This document shows positions 9,113 through 18,514 of a DNA stretch of 42,236 nucleotides, piece after piece. Positions within the stretch are counted from its first letter, which is position 1, and the number at the start of each line of letters is the position of its first letter. The stretch comes from a virus: the UHGV virus genome UHGV-1360403, one strand, 5' to 3'. A program made the position numbers and the translations under genes. The notes beneath the pieces are model-generated. The model made no database searches and was not told the DNA's origin. It was given only the letters and a program-made list of their open reading frames with translations.

Positions 9113-9682
9113 ATGTCTGAAGAAAAAGGAATTCTTTCCCGGATAACTGAATCGTTATCCGGCGTGGGAGGAGCAATTAAAGGCGCGGTTGGAGCAGCAA
9201 GAGAGATTCAGAATCTGACTGTCGACTATGCAGTTAAAGAGAAGACGCACACCTTACTCGATAAGCTAATGGATGTTCAGATGCAGCAAATGTCGCTTCA
9301 GGAGCTGCTGATTGCGGCTAAGGAGAAAATTGTTGAACTGGAAAATGAGAAAGTAAAGCAAGAGAACTGGGCCGCTGAAGCGGCGAGCTATGAACTTTAC
9401 CAGCCTATGCGGGGTACTCTGGTCTATCGCAGCAAGCTTTCTGCAGATACTGACCAATCTCCGGTTTATATTTGTCCCAATTGCTACGAGCAAAAGAGAA
9501 AATCTATATTGCAAGCGGAAGGTCTGGTTATTAAGCCAGGCCTTGGGCGAGCCGTTAATATGGTTTGTTCGCACTGTAGGGCTTCCTATCTGTTCAACCG
9601 AAATGCTTTAGAGGCCAGACTGCCTGCTGAAGATGAAAATCCGGGGAAGGCAATCACGGATTACGATCCTTACAACCAGTAA
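9113..9682 (+). CDS. Hypothetical coiled-coil protein with C-terminal Cys4 zinc-ribbon (189 aa)
   Basis: CPNC...CSHC pairs; heptad-like central region; convergent with the repressor gene. Confidence 0.55.
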   Translation: MSEEKGILSRITESLSGVGGAIKGAVGAAREIQNLTVDYAVKEKTHTLLDKLMDVQMQQMSLQELLIAAKEKIVELENEKVKQENWAAEAASYELYQPMRGTLVYRSKLSADTDQSPVYICPNCYEQKRKSILQAEGLVIKPGLGRAVNMVCSHCRASYLFNRNALEARLPAEDENPGKAITDYDPYNQ

Positions 9683-9732
9683 TTTCTTTAAGCATGGGTA
9701 CCCTTCCGGCCACCCAGAGTTAAAGGAACTAA

Positions 9733-9760
9733 GCGCCCCATCGTCGGGGCGTTTCAACTT
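9733..9760 (+). terminator. Terminator-like hairpin after the 9113..9682 gene
   Basis: CGCCCC-ATCGTC-GGGGCG stem followed by TTTCAACTT. Confidence 0.45.
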
Positions 9761-9989
9761 GCGTGACTTATCAGTTCGTCGCGGTGTTGTCCTCTACGCT
9801 TACCGTACGCATACGGACTCGGCGCTTACCTCGATCCCATCGGGTGCCATTTCATTTTGCCAGGAGTACTGCGGCTTACCTGTCACGCGGTTCAGTTTGT
9901 TAAAGAGCTGGTATTAAAAAACGCATTAATTATGCGGTATCGTATTTATATGCGTTATGGGATTTTGCGTCAATACGAAAATGAATTAT

Positions 9990-10027
9990 TTTGCAAATAA
10001 GAAAACCGCCCTTGTGGAGAGCGGTTT
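9990..10027 (-). terminator. Terminator-like hairpin downstream of the repressor gene
   Basis: AAACCGC...GCGGTTT stem with 11-nt loop; T-rich on the minus strand after the stem. Confidence 0.45.
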
Positions 10028-10057
10028 GATCAGAAGTAAGTTATCAGACTGTAAAGG

Positions 10058-10732
10058 TTAGTACATGCGTAGCGCGGATTTGGCGATCCCCGCCACGTAA
10101 TGGATTTTTTCAATGTTTTCGCGTGGTACTCTGACTGGTGGATGATCTTCATTTACAGACATTAGATGGAACAGGCCATCGCGTTCGAACAAGAAGGTTT
10201 TAACCATGACCTCACCGTCCCGGGTAACCACAAGTACTTCATCACCAGGAGTGTAGTCGTGGTTGGGTTCGACGATTACGAACTCACCCTCTTTGATTCT
10301 AGGCATCATTGAATCACCAACACATTTCAGGGCGTATGCATCTTCATCCTTTGTCGGCCAGTATATGAAACCATCACTGCTACCTACTGAATATTGGGTG
10401 TCGCTCCAAAGTCCTCCAACGCCTAGCTGAGTGTTTCCCAAAACAGGTACTTTATTAAACCTAAGAGAAATATACGTTTTTATACCCGTCGCGTCCTCTT
10501 TCTCCATTTCTTGAAGGCTCCTTTCTGCCAGGTCTATTGGTGACACGTGGAAGTAGTCGGCGATCTGCTTTAACGTTGCGTATTTCGGATCTTTCACCTC
10601 TCCTGATACCAGCCTGTGTAGCGTTGGTTGGTTCAGTTGTAACCGACGTGCCAGCTCAGTTATCGAGCTTATCTTGGCTTTGTCCATCAGGTACTTGATG
10701 TTTTGAGAAAGGATATCGGTAGTATCAATCAT
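10058..10732 (-). CDS. CI-like repressor (N-terminal HTH, C-terminal S24 LexA-like autopeptidase)
   Basis: HTH ...SITELARRLQLNQPTLHRLVSG...; S24 signature CVGDSMMPRIKEGEFVIVEP with downstream Lys. Confidence 0.9.
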   Translation of the reverse strand: MIDTTDILSQNIKYLMDKAKISSITELARRLQLNQPTLHRLVSGEVKDPKYATLKQIADYFHVSPIDLAERSLQEMEKEDATGIKTYISLRFNKVPVLGNTQLGVGGLWSDTQYSVGSSDGFIYWPTKDEDAYALKCVGDSMMPRIKEGEFVIVEPNHDYTPGDEVLVVTRDGEVMVKTFLFERDGLFHLMSVNEDHPPVRVPRENIEKIHYVAGIAKSALRMY

Positions 10733-10873
10733 TTGGATTCATCCATGTTGTATACAGGGACGGTGATTATGCGTTATCGGATATTTTAATCCAGGATGAT
10801 ATAGAATTGCCGTATTGCTGAATAATCCGTTTTCGTATAAATTTGCGCTATAGACGAAAGTGGAGACTTAAAT
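10733..10873. promoter_or_regulatory. Divergent repressor/Cro promoter-operator region
   Basis: 141-bp AT-rich spacer between divergent genes; candidate -35 TTGCTG / -10 TATAAA for the rightward promoter; SD GGAG 9 nt before the Cro-like ATG. Confidence 0.5.
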
Positions 10874-11074
10874 ATGTCCGGACTAACACCACAAGAGATG
10901 GTCAAAAGCTTGATTGATTCAGGGTATACCCAAAACCAAATTGCCGAAATTGCAGGCGTGAAGCAGTCTTCTATTAGTCGGCTTCTCACCGGGGTTCATT
11001 CTGACCCTCGCTTTTCTACAGTACGTGCGATAGAAAAGCTTTTTCAGGAAGTGACAGCTAGACAAAAGGCGTAA
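10874..11074 (+). CDS. Cro-like HTH regulator
   Basis: 66 aa; HTH QNQIAEIAGVKQSSISRLLTG; divergent from the repressor. Confidence 0.75.
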   Translation: MSGLTPQEMVKSLIDSGYTQNQIAEIAGVKQSSISRLLTGVHSDPRFSTVRAIEKLFQEVTARQKA

Positions 11075-11077
11075 CCC

Positions 11078-13339
11078 ATGTCTGATAACAAACCATGGGG
11101 AGCTACGCCCGATGAGTGGTTCCACTTCGATCTGGTGTTGGGGATGACAGACAGGCTTTTACCTGTGGTGTCCAATCCCTGTGCAGAACTGTCGCCTAAT
11201 AGCAAGCTGTCTCATAATTTCGGCAAAACCCCCAGTCGCTACAATGGCCAACGTAAGGTTGTTGGTATCCCCGACTGGGCTAACTATGTTGTTACGGAAA
11301 ACGATTTTGCCCGGTGGTCGAACGAACCCGATTACGGTATTTGCGTTCGTACTGGCGACGGGGTGGTGGCTCTGGACTGCGATATCAATGACGCCGGGAT
11401 GCAGGAGATCGTACGCAATATTATCCTGTCATGCCTGGGGGAACTTCCGCCACGTCGCTGGCGGGCTGACAGTCATAAATGCCTGTACCTGATTGCTGTT
11501 GATGGCGACTACCGTAAACGTGGTCACCGCCTGGAAGGCGAAAACAAACAAATAGAGCTGCTCGCTAAGGGCCAGCAGTTTGTGGCTTGTGGTACCCATC
11601 CGGCAGGCGAACGTATTAAGTGGGACTGCGGTCTGCCCGGCGAACCTCTGAAAATTACATCTGAACAGCTCGAAAGCCTGTGGCAGCGTCTGGCGGATAA
11701 CTTACCCGTGAAAGACAGCTATACCGCAGGTGCAGGACGTCAGCGTGATCTTTCCTGTGTTGATCCTTCCGCGACAGATGATGTCGCCGACTGGCTTGAC
11801 GCGAACGGGTGGACTCTGTCAGTCAGCTCTGATGGTTCCCGCAATCTGAAACCGTTTCGGGATGAGTCAGAATACAGCAACGGTTGCAGCGAAACATCCA
11901 TTAAGTATTTCCCAAAAGGGACGGGGGGATTTGAACAGGGACATTTTAAAAGCATGCACAACACCGATGCGGGGCTTACTGATGCCGACTGGCTGGAAGG
12001 CTACGGCTATACGCAATCCCTGTTCGAAGATCTCACGGTGGTTGAAGATGGCGATAAGCCTGAATTTACCGATATTAATACAGATATGACAGCTCATTTT
12101 CTGGAACGCTTTATCTACGTCATCGAGGGTGACCAGGTATGTGATCTTAGCCGACCGCCATATCAGTGCATGATGGATATGAAGTCGTTCAAAAACCTGA
12201 TGGCGCCTTACCAGTTCCCGCCAGAAGGGAAAGGGCAACCAACTCCCGCAACCAAACGGTGGATAGAGCATCGGCATAAGAAGATTGCTGAGACGACAGG
12301 CTATAAGCCCGGTGCGGGACGTATTATCGAGCGTTTCGACGGGCGGTTTGAGATAAACGAATTTTATATGCCTGAGCATCCACGTACAGCGGATACAAGT
12401 AAGGTGTCCACGTTCCTTAATCATATGGCGTATCTGGTACCTGATGCCTGGCAGCGCGAGTTTTTCATCGCCCGTCTGGGGTGGATGGTTCAGCGTCCGG
12501 AGCGTCGATGCCCGATTTCTATTCTGCATGTGGCTTCCGCACATGGTACGGGCAGAGGATGGGTCAGCCAGTTAATGGAGCGCGTGCTTGGTCCGTGGAA
12601 CTGTGCTCGTACTCGCATGAAGATCCTGTGCGATAACCAGTTCCATGACTATCTGTACAATACGCTTCTATGCACCATTGACGAGGTGCGCGAAAATGAT
12701 AAGCGGTATGAGGTGAACGATAAGATCCGTGACGTGCTGACAGAACCACGGTTTGAAGTGAACCGCAAATATGGCAGCAAAAAAACGATGGATATATACA
12801 CCGGCTTTCTGTTCTACACCAACCACTTTGATGCGCTGGCGCTGCCAGAGGAAGACCGACGTATCGCTGTGCTGGGGGGCCCTGACTTCGCCGCAACTGA
12901 AGAGCATTACGCCAGCCTGTACGGTGCGCTAAGCGACAGCGACTTTATCGCCCAGGTGTACTGGTATCTGATGGGCGTTGACCTGTCTCGCTTTAACTGG
13001 CAGCGCGCCCCCGAGACGAAAGAACGCCTTCTGATGATTGAAAGCAATAAGAGCGATGTGGAGGCTGCTCTTATTGAAATCCTGGATAATCCGCCTGTGC
13101 CAGCAATGACTTATCAACAAATTGTTAACGCAATACTGGCAGAAGCAGGAATGGATGTAGAAATTAACCAGAAGCATATTACTCGCATTTTGAAAGAAAG
13201 AACAAAGCGGGAACCCGTACGCGTAAAAATTGACGGGTTTGTATATAGGATTTGGATTCTTGTAAAAAATAACGATTTCAGCAACGAAGAATTGCGCGAA
13301 ATATATAAATCTTGCGAAATTTTGCAATCTGGATTGTAA
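11078..13339 (+). CDS. Primase / replication initiation protein (Prim-Pol-like N-terminal domain, D5/VirE-like C-terminal region)
   Basis: 753 aa; ...GICVRTGDGVVALDCDIND... and ...IELLAKGQQFVACGTHPAGERIKW... resemble the bifunctional primase-polymerase N-domain; sits directly before the iteron region. Confidence 0.7.
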   Translation: MSDNKPWGATPDEWFHFDLVLGMTDRLLPVVSNPCAELSPNSKLSHNFGKTPSRYNGQRKVVGIPDWANYVVTENDFARWSNEPDYGICVRTGDGVVALDCDINDAGMQEIVRNIILSCLGELPPRRWRADSHKCLYLIAVDGDYRKRGHRLEGENKQIELLAKGQQFVACGTHPAGERIKWDCGLPGEPLKITSEQLESLWQRLADNLPVKDSYTAGAGRQRDLSCVDPSATDDVADWLDANGWTLSVSSDGSRNLKPFRDESEYSNGCSETSIKYFPKGTGGFEQGHFKSMHNTDAGLTDADWLEGYGYTQSLFEDLTVVEDGDKPEFTDINTDMTAHFLERFIYVIEGDQVCDLSRPPYQCMMDMKSFKNLMAPYQFPPEGKGQPTPATKRWIEHRHKKIAETTGYKPGAGRIIERFDGRFEINEFYMPEHPRTADTSKVSTFLNHMAYLVPDAWQREFFIARLGWMVQRPERRCPISILHVASAHGTGRGWVSQLMERVLGPWNCARTRMKILCDNQFHDYLYNTLLCTIDEVRENDKRYEVNDKIRDVLTEPRFEVNRKYGSKKTMDIYTGFLFYTNHFDALALPEEDRRIAVLGGPDFAATEEHYASLYGALSDSDFIAQVYWYLMGVDLSRFNWQRAPETKERLLMIESNKSDVEAALIEILDNPPVPAMTYQQIVNAILAEAGMDVEINQKHITRILKERTKREPVRVKIDGFVYRIWILVKNNDFSNEELREIYKSCEILQSGL

Positions 13340-13341
13340 AA

Positions 13342-13606
13342 AGGTGACGGCTAGGTGACGGCAAAACGCTTAAGCGTCACCTTAAAAAGTATATATAAAA
13401 CAATGGGAAATGTGCTAAAGGTGACAGGTGACGGCAGAATTTAAAACTATATACGCGATAGTGTGTATTTTAGGTATTATACGATCGCTTATATATAGAG
13501 AACTAAAATCAACCGTCACCTGTCACCTAAAACATCTTCAGGCCTTATATGGCGCGCTTTGCAGCAGGTGACGGATATGTAATTACGCGTCACCTAGCCG
13601 TCACCC
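13342..13606. repeat. Iteron-like nested inverted repeats around an AT-rich core (candidate origin of replication)
   Basis: GGTGACGGCTAGGTGACGG (13343-13361) and AGGTGACAGGTGACGG (13419-13435) are mirrored by ACCGTCACCTGTCACCT (13512-13528) and CGTCACCTAGCCGTCACC (13588-13605); extra GGTGACGG copies at 13373-13381 and 13565-13574. Confidence 0.6.
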
Positions 13607-13654
13607 GGAAATTAACTTGAAAAAATTAGCAAATAACTAAATGAGGATACGACG

Positions 13655-13945
13655 ATGTCAAAGATATTCCGCCAATGTATGCCTTACGGTATCCGCAAAA
13701 CAGCTGAGGGGGCTTGGGAAGCATTCAACAGAGACTACCAGCCCTTAGGGGAGGCTTTTTTCTTCAAAAGAGCACTAACGCAGGCCACTCGAGATGTGTT
13801 GGCGCCACCGCCGGTAACTCAGCGCGACGACTGTGTATGGCTGTATAGCGATATCGAGCACCCGATGCACTCTGAGGCTTACTGGAAAGCGTATTGCCAG
13901 CGGCTTAAACATCTTTCTAACCTCAAAATGAAAGATGAACGGTAA
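13655..13945 (+). CDS. Hypothetical protein (96 aa)
   Basis: ORF with consistent codon usage between the origin region and the late regulator. Confidence 0.5.
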   Translation: MSKIFRQCMPYGIRKTAEGAWEAFNRDYQPLGEAFFFKRALTQATRDVLAPPPVTQRDDCVWLYSDIEHPMHSEAYWKAYCQRLKHLSNLKMKDER

Positions 13946-13970
13946 GTAGCAAAACGTAGAGGTCAGAGCT

Positions 13971-14393
13971 ATGCGTGATATTCGACTGGTTTTAGAGCGA
14001 TGGGGGGGCTGGGCTGCGAGCGAAGGTTGCAGTGTCTACTATCCACCTGTTTCCGCTGGATTTAAGAATCTGCTACCTGCAACGCAAGCCGGGCGGCTGA
14101 AGTGCAGTGACAATGACGGTCTGATCATCAGCTCTGCTATGAACTGCCTGAAGAAAAAAGATCCGTACCTGTGTACGCTCCTTGAGTGGCATTACATCCA
14201 GGCGATGCCTGTGAGGGCTATGGGTGTGAAGCTCGGCGTATCACACACTCAAGTTCTGAAGAGGCTCCAGGCTGCAGAGGGATTTATCGACGGCTGCCTG
14301 GCTATGCTGGACGTGGTTCTGGAAATGGATCAAGCAGTTCAGTCAAAGCCTAAGGCTATCAGGACTTTGCGAAGGAGCTGCCCGGCGGCATAA
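13971..14393 (+). CDS. Late-gene regulator, Q-like antiterminator candidate
   Basis: 140 aa, immediately upstream of a promoter/terminator region and the lysis cassette; C-terminal HTH-like AMGVKLGVSHTQVLKRLQ. Confidence 0.5.
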   Translation: MRDIRLVLERWGGWAASEGCSVYYPPVSAGFKNLLPATQAGRLKCSDNDGLIISSAMNCLKKKDPYLCTLLEWHYIQAMPVRAMGVKLGVSHTQVLKRLQAAEGFIDGCLAMLDVVLEMDQAVQSKPKAIRTLRRSCPAA

Positions 14394-14547
14394 TATCCAG
14401 TAATCAATCACGTAAGGGAATCAGATGGTATTCAGGATTGCCGTAAACACCTGACGGCTTCAGGTATCAAGGTAAGATAAAAAATAGTTGTGGAATTCCA
14501 AAAAGCCGATTAGCCTGATATCTGTTGAAAACAGTTCATCACGAAGA

Positions 14548-14572
14548 GGCTTCCGCAAGGGGGCCTTTTTTA
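14548..14572 (+). terminator. Intrinsic terminator (first of two after the Q-like gene)
   Basis: GGCTTCC-GCAA-GGGGGCC (GNRA loop, two G-U pairs) followed by TTTTTT. Confidence 0.5.
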
Positions 14573-14799
14573 TTGCCCCATTCTGGGGAAAAGTTAATAA
14601 AACAGGGCTTTCGCTGCGAAAAAACGCTATGCAGTTTTTGCCCTTTTTTATGCACCTTTTATTCACTCGAATTTCGTCATTCTGGACCACTTAAGTTGAT
14701 TAAATAGGCCTTTCATCGCAAATCTATTGCGAGCGGGGATCGTGTGGTTCCTATAACGTACATTATGTTAAATAACTTCCTTTTTTAACAAATTTAACA

Positions 14800-14826
14800 A
14801 GGTTCGCTATGGCGAACTTTTTTTGT
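14800..14826 (+). terminator. Intrinsic terminator (tR'-like) upstream of the lysis genes
   Basis: GTTCGC-TATG-GCGAAC followed by TTTTTTTG. Confidence 0.7.
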
Positions 14827-14907
14827 ATTCAGGGCCCACCGAAGGACGGCTCATAACCCAATCCTACGGGCGTATACGCAGGGCCCGCCTTTCAACAACA
14901 CCCCGTA

Positions 14908-15267
14908 ATGGCGGAGGTGGGAAGTATGAAAATGCACAATGCTCCTCATTCCTGGCCTGACTTACTGGAACTCTTACAAAGTTGGTGGCGTGGAGATACG
15001 CCGTTGGGCGCAGTGGTTATGTCAATTGTTATGGCTGGCTTGCGCATTGCCTATTTTGGCGGTGGCGGCGGCTGGAAACGAAAAACGCTTGAGATTTTGC
15101 TCTGTGGTGCTCTGACGCTGACTTTTGCATCCGCTCTTGAGTATGTCGGATGGCCTAAATCGCTTTCTGTTGCCATTGGTGGTGGTGTTGGGCTGATCGG
15201 TGTCGATGCTATTCGTGGGGCTGCAATGCGAGTAATCGGTAACAAGTTTGGTGGCTCTAAGGAGTAA
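14908..15267 (+). CDS. Holin
   Basis: 119 aa with hydrophobic segments; directly precedes the endolysin; N-terminus MAEVGSMKMHNAP offers alternative starts. Confidence 0.7.
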   Translation: MAEVGSMKMHNAPHSWPDLLELLQSWWRGDTPLGAVVMSIVMAGLRIAYFGGGGGWKRKTLEILLCGALTLTFASALEYVGWPKSLSVAIGGGVGLIGVDAIRGAAMRVIGNKFGGSKE

Positions 15268-15270
15268 TTC

Positions 15271-15747
15271 ATGCAGACACTAAATTCCCAACGTAAAGCT
15301 TTCCTGGATATGGTGGCATGGTCAGAAGGAACGGATAACGGGCGACAACCGACACGTAATCACGGTTATGACGTTATCGTCGGAGGTGAGTTGTTCACTG
15401 ATTACTCCGATCACCCTCGCAAACTTGTCACGCTAAACCCGAAGCTTAAATCAACAGCCGCAGGCCGGTATCAGCTTCTTTCACGCTGGTGGGATGCCTA
15501 CCGCAAGCAGCTTGGCCTGAAAGATTTTTCGCCAGAAAGTCAGGACGCTGTGGCGCTGCAGCAGATTAAAGAGCGTGGCGCTTTACCGATGATTGACCGT
15601 GGCGATATTCGTCAGGCAATCGACCGTTGCAGCAATATCTGGGCGTCGTTACCTGGTGCAGGTTACGGTCAGTATGAACATAAAATCGGTGACCTGATTT
15701 CCAGGTTTAAAGATGCTGGTGGGGTGGTAAATGAAGCTGACTTATAA
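15271..15747 (+). CDS. R: Endolysin, lambda R-type lytic transglycosylase
   Basis: 158 aa, near-identical to lambda R as recalled (NSQRKAFLDMVAWSEGTDNGRQPTRNHGYDVIVGGELFTDYSDHPRK...). Confidence 0.9.
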   Translation: MQTLNSQRKAFLDMVAWSEGTDNGRQPTRNHGYDVIVGGELFTDYSDHPRKLVTLNPKLKSTAAGRYQLLSRWWDAYRKQLGLKDFSPESQDAVALQQIKERGALPMIDRGDIRQAIDRCSNIWASLPGAGYGQYEHKIGDLISRFKDAGGVVNEADL

Positions 15748-16255
15748 GATTGTCATCGCGGCATTTTTCTTCTCTGCCTTTGGGGCGCTCGTCTGGTCTG
15801 CAAACCATTACCACAGCAAGTATCAGGCAGAAAAGTTGCGGGCTGATAAAGCGGAAGGTGAAGCTGAATATCAAGGGAAAGTGATAGCTAATCAGGCATT
15901 AAACTTCAATCGTTTTAACCAGATAGCAGAAAACGCAAGCCGATTAAATTCTCTGGTCGACATCGGTCACGAGAAGACAGTCATCAAATACCGTGAGGTT
16001 CTGCTCCGTGAAAAGAACTGTGATTTCCCTGTTCCTGCTGATATTGCTGTCGGGTTGCTCAACTACGCGAACCGTTTACGCGCCAGCGCATTGCACGCCG
16101 ATTCCGGGTACATTGACCCAGCCGGTGATCGTGCCACTACCACCAGAACGTTGACATATTGCCAGGCTGTTCTGTGGATTAACCCATTGTTGGCAGCCAT
16201 CGAGAAGGCGAATAACCAGTTGGCTGGTGTCCGACAAATAGAACAGTCCCGGTAA
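15731..16255 (+). CDS. Rz: Rz-like inner-membrane spanin (i-spanin)
   Basis: N-terminal TM (IVIAAFFFSAFGALVW) then coiled-coil region; follows the endolysin; contains an embedded out-of-frame lipoprotein ORF. Confidence 0.7.
   Translation: MKLTYKIVIAAFFFSAFGALVWSANHYHSKYQAEKLRADKAEGEAEYQGKVIANQALNFNRFNQIAENASRLNSLVDIGHEKTVIKYREVLLREKNCDFPVPADIAVGLLNYANRLRASALHADSGYIDPAGDRATTTRTLTYCQAVLWINPLLAAIEKANNQLAGVRQIEQSR
16008..16154 (+). CDS. Rz1: Rz1-like outer-membrane lipoprotein spanin embedded in Rz
   Basis: Hand translation VKRTVISLFLLILLSGCSTTRTVYAPAHCTPIPGTLTQPVIVPLPPER: lipobox LLSGC, Pro-rich; GTG start with GAGG 10 nt upstream. Confidence 0.55.
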   Translation: MKRTVISLFLLILLSGCSTTRTVYAPAHCTPIPGTLTQPVIVPLPPER

Positions 16256-16316
16256 TAGCATTACAGAAGCTCTTCCAGGAGGGGCTTCGATAATGACCTG
16301 ATAACTGGAAAATAAA

Positions 16317-16889
16317 ATGACTAAGAAGCTGAAAGCAAAACACGAGGTGTTTTGTCGCGAGTTTCTTGTCGATCTGAATGCTACACAAGCAGCTATTCGC
16401 GCAGGCTACGTCTCCAGGCGAGCACATGTTACGGGGGCTGAACTATACGGTAAACCTGAGATACGCGCCCGTATTAACGAGCTAAAGCAGGAGCGTATTG
16501 ATCAACTGGGCATTGATGCGAATTATGTGCTGATGCGACTGGTTGAGATCGACAGGCTCGATGTGGCTGACATCCTAGAGGACGATTTAAGTATTAAGCC
16601 TCTGTCTGCGTGGCCGGAATCGTGGCGTCGGTACCTGAGTGGATTTAACCTCGCTGAAATGTTTGAGGGGCGAGGAGATGACAGAGAAATGGTCGGGATC
16701 CTTAAAAAGATTAAGTGGCCTGATAAGGTTAAAAACCTTGAGTTGCTTGGGCGTCATGTTTCTGTTCAGGCGTTTAAAGACAACGTCAAAAATGAAGTGA
16801 CTGGCGCTGATGGAGGACCAGTCAGAACAGAAATTACCAACTTAACGCCGGAGCAGGCTGCAGAGGCGTATAGAAAAATGATGGGCTAA
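16317..16889 (+). CDS. Terminase small subunit
   Basis: [25 protein letters not shown]... N-terminal motif typical of P27-type small terminase; precedes the large subunit. Confidence 0.8.
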   Translation: MTKKLKAKHEVFCREFLVDLNATQAAIRAGYVSRRAHVTGAELYGKPEIRARINELKQERIDQLGIDANYVLMRLVEIDRLDVADILEDDLSIKPLSAWPESWRRYLSGFNLAEMFEGRGDDREMVGILKKIKWPDKVKNLELLGRHVSVQAFKDNVKNEVTGADGGPVRTEITNLTPEQAAEAYRKMMG

Positions 16890-16891
16890 GT

Positions 16892-18514
16892 ATGCCGTTA
16901 CCATTCCCCTTCGATTTTAAACATCCTGATTACCAGATGGTTTTTGAATGGCGGATGGAACGCCTACAGCGCATTCGCCAGAATCCTGAAATATTGCCTG
17001 CACTAAAACAGTTTTACCGAACCAATCCGGCTCAGTTCATCATCGACTGGGGCATGACAACGGACCCGCGTAATATTGATTATGGCCTGCCGGTGACCAT
17101 TCCGTTTTTACTCTTCCCTAAGCAGGAGGAGTGGATCCACTGGATTATGGAACGCTGGGGCAATCGGGAGAATGGTATTACCGAAAAATCCCGTGAAATG
17201 GGGCTCAGTTGGACCGCGATCGGACTGGCATGTTCGCTTTGTCTCTTCAACAAAGAAATGGTTATCGGTTTCGGCTCCCGTAAAGAGGAATACGTCGACA
17301 GCACCGGTGACCCGAAAGCATTGTTCTGGAAGGCGCGCAAGTTCGTGGAAACACTGCCTGTAGAGTTTCGCGGTTCGTGGAGCGAGAAGAAGCACGCGCC
17401 ATATATGCGTGTTGAGTTTCCTGAAACTGGTGCCGTTATCAAAGGCGAGGCTGGCGATAATATTGGTCGTGGTGACCGTACCACGCTTTATCTGGTTGAT
17501 GAGGCTGCATTCCTTCAGCGTCCTCTGCTGATTGATGCGGCGTTGTCACAAACGACGCGTTGCCGTATCGACCTGAGTTCAGTTAACGGCATGGCTAACC
17601 CGTTCGCTCAGAAGCGTCATGGCGGGAAGATACCGGTATTCACATTCCACTGGCGGGATGATCCTCGCAAGGATGAAGAGTGGTATCGCAGGGAATGCGA
17701 GAAAATCGATAATCCGGTGGTGGTGGCACAGGAACTTGATCTGAACTACAGCGCATCAGCGGAAGGCGTCCTGATTCCATCCGAATGGGTACAGGCTGCC
17801 GTTGATGCGCATATCAAACTGGGTATCCAGCCAACAGGCAAACGACTTGGCGCGATGGATGTCGCCGACGAAGGCAGGGACAAAAATGCCTTTTCCACCC
17901 GTCATGGCTTCCTCCTGGAAAATGTGCGGGAATGGTCCGGTGTGGGCAGCGACATTTATCAGTCCGTCAAGAAGGTTTTCGGCTTTTGCGAACAGGACAA
18001 CCTCGAAGAGTTTCGCTTTGACGAGGACGGGCTGGGCGCTGGCGTTCGCGGCGATGCACGCGCTATCAACGAACTGCGTAACGCTGCGCGTCGACCGTCA
18101 ATACTTGCCACACCGTTTCGAGGTAGTGGCGCGGTATTTGATCCGGATGATGAAGCTGTTCGCGGGGACAACGGGCAAGCCGCACGTCTGAACAAGGACT
18201 TCTTCGCTAACGCCAAAGCCCAGAGCTGGTGGCGGTTACGTAAACTTTTTCAGAATACCTGGCGCGCCGTGGTTGAAGGTATGGCTTACAACCCGGACGA
18301 AATCATCTCAATCAGCAGTAGCATGGCACTCAAAGATAAACTCATCATCGAGCTTTCGCAGCCGACCTATTCCATTAATGGTGTGGGAAAAATAGTTATT
18401 GATAAACAGCCTGATGGAACCCGATCGCCAAACCTTGCCGACTCGGTGATGATCAACTATGCCCCAATGAATTCAGCCCTGAACATCTGGGAGCTGCTAG
18501 GGAGACAGGCCTGA
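16892..18514 (+). CDS. Terminase large subunit
   Basis: 540 aa, position between small terminase and portal; ATPase and nuclease-like regions. Confidence 0.8.
   Translation: MPLPFPFDFKHPDYQMVFEWRMERLQRIRQNPEILPALKQFYRTNPAQFIIDWGMTTDPRNIDYGLPVTIPFLLFPKQEEWIHWIMERWGNRENGITEKSREMGLSWTAIGLACSLCLFNKEMVIGFGSRKEEYVDSTGDPKALFWKARKFVETLPVEFRGSWSEKKHAPYMRVEFPETGAVIKGEAGDNIGRGDRTTLYLVDEAAFLQRPLLIDAALSQTTRCRIDLSSVNGMANPFAQKRHGGKIPVFTFHWRDDPRKDEEWYRRECEKIDNPVVVAQELDLNYSASAEGVLIPSEWVQAAVDAHIKLGIQPTGKRLGAMDVADEGRDKNAFSTRHGFLLENVREWSGVGSDIYQSVKKVFGFCEQDNLEEFRFDEDGLGAGVRGDARAINELRNAARRPSILATPFRGSGAVFDPDDEAVRGDNGQAARLNKDFFANAKAQSWWRLRKLFQNTWRAVVEGMAYNPDEIISISSSMALKDKLIIELSQPTYSINGVGKIVIDKQPDGTRSPNLADSVMINYAPMNSALNIWELLGRQA

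Noticed and set aside
9633-9917. 94-aa plus-strand ORF downstream of the zinc-ribbon gene
   Set aside because: It starts inside the preceding gene, runs across a terminator-like hairpin, and has non-protein-like composition. The region is more plausibly non-coding or structured RNA.
11867-12544. 225-aa minus-strand ORF inside the primase gene
   Set aside because: Fully antisense to the well-supported 753-aa primase ORF; no independent start context.
13342-13606. GGTGACGG repeat cluster considered as a CRISPR array
   Set aside because: The repeats are 8-19 bp, in both orientations, with irregular spacing, and form a large palindrome around an AT-rich core. That is iteron/origin architecture, not CRISPR repeat-spacer periodicity; no cas genes are present.
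14460-14707. ORFs 14460..14690 (minus), 14488..14694 and 14525..14707 (plus) between the Q-like gene and the holin
   Set aside because: They overlap each other and the two terminator hairpins. The region is best read as the late promoter/terminator leader.
14394-14907. Possible tRNA gene in the Q-to-lysis intergenic region
   Set aside because: Lambdoid phages often carry tRNAs here, but no cloverleaf with a T-loop GTTCxAxxC-type signature could be found by eye. This should be confirmed with a tRNA scanner.
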